Of a stretch of 64,000 nt of DNA, positions 63,921 through 64,000 are shown piece after piece. The notes under the pieces are model-generated. The model was not told the origin of the DNA. It saw only the letters and a program-made list of their open reading frames with translations, and ran no database searches. Origin of the DNA: Camelus ferus (Eukaryota). The number at the start of each line of letters is the position of its first letter. The first letter of the stretch is position 1. The position numbers and the translations under genes are program-made. The stretch spans positions 104,596,001 to 104,660,000 of the forward strand of contig NC_045696.1 in assembly GCF_009834535.1 (NCBI RefSeq), read 5' to 3'.

Positions 63921-64000
63921 CGCCTTTCAGGGTGTTAGCAGAGAGGTCACTGTAAATATTCGCAGATAAGCATCATGGAGTCAGTGGAGCTCCTGGCACT

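Noticed and set aside
1..64000. CRISPR arrays, tRNA/rRNA/snRNA genes, CpG island, viral coding inserts, or a novel multi-gene system
   Set aside because: None seen by eye. The sequence is explained by mammalian repeats plus unique non-coding DNA; an Rfam/tBLASTn search would be needed to exclude small cases.

Overview
Mammalian (eutherian) non-coding DNA, most likely a gene desert or a very large intron. No protein-coding exon of a recognisable gene was found. The only ORFs with recognisable protein motifs are decayed LINE-1 ORF1/ORF2 and LINE-2 RT remnants. The window is dense in ancient repeats: MIR, L2, old L1M, MLT1/ERVL LTRs, and MER5/MER20/MER58/Charlie DNA transposons. It also carries an internally deleted ~5.1-kb L1 and six younger 5'-truncated L1s. 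Their 3' ends resemble cetartiodactyl L1s, and I saw no Alu, B1, BovB/Bov-tA, PRE1 or Can-SINE, so a camelid is my best guess (inference). The main non-repeat signals are a perfect 83-bp inverted duplication (13261-13343 / 13957-14039) that looks like a recent locally templated insertion into an old LTR, a near-consensus REST/RE1 site (23226-23246), and an extended CTCF site (7448-7480). There are also several homeodomain-rich enhancer-like blocks, an apparent L1 3' transduction, and a few minus-strand exon-like segments that agree with a strong + strand bias of L1/LTR insertions. I found no evidence of a new multi-gene biological system. Repeat family names come from recalled consensus sequences, and boundaries are approximate unless stated.
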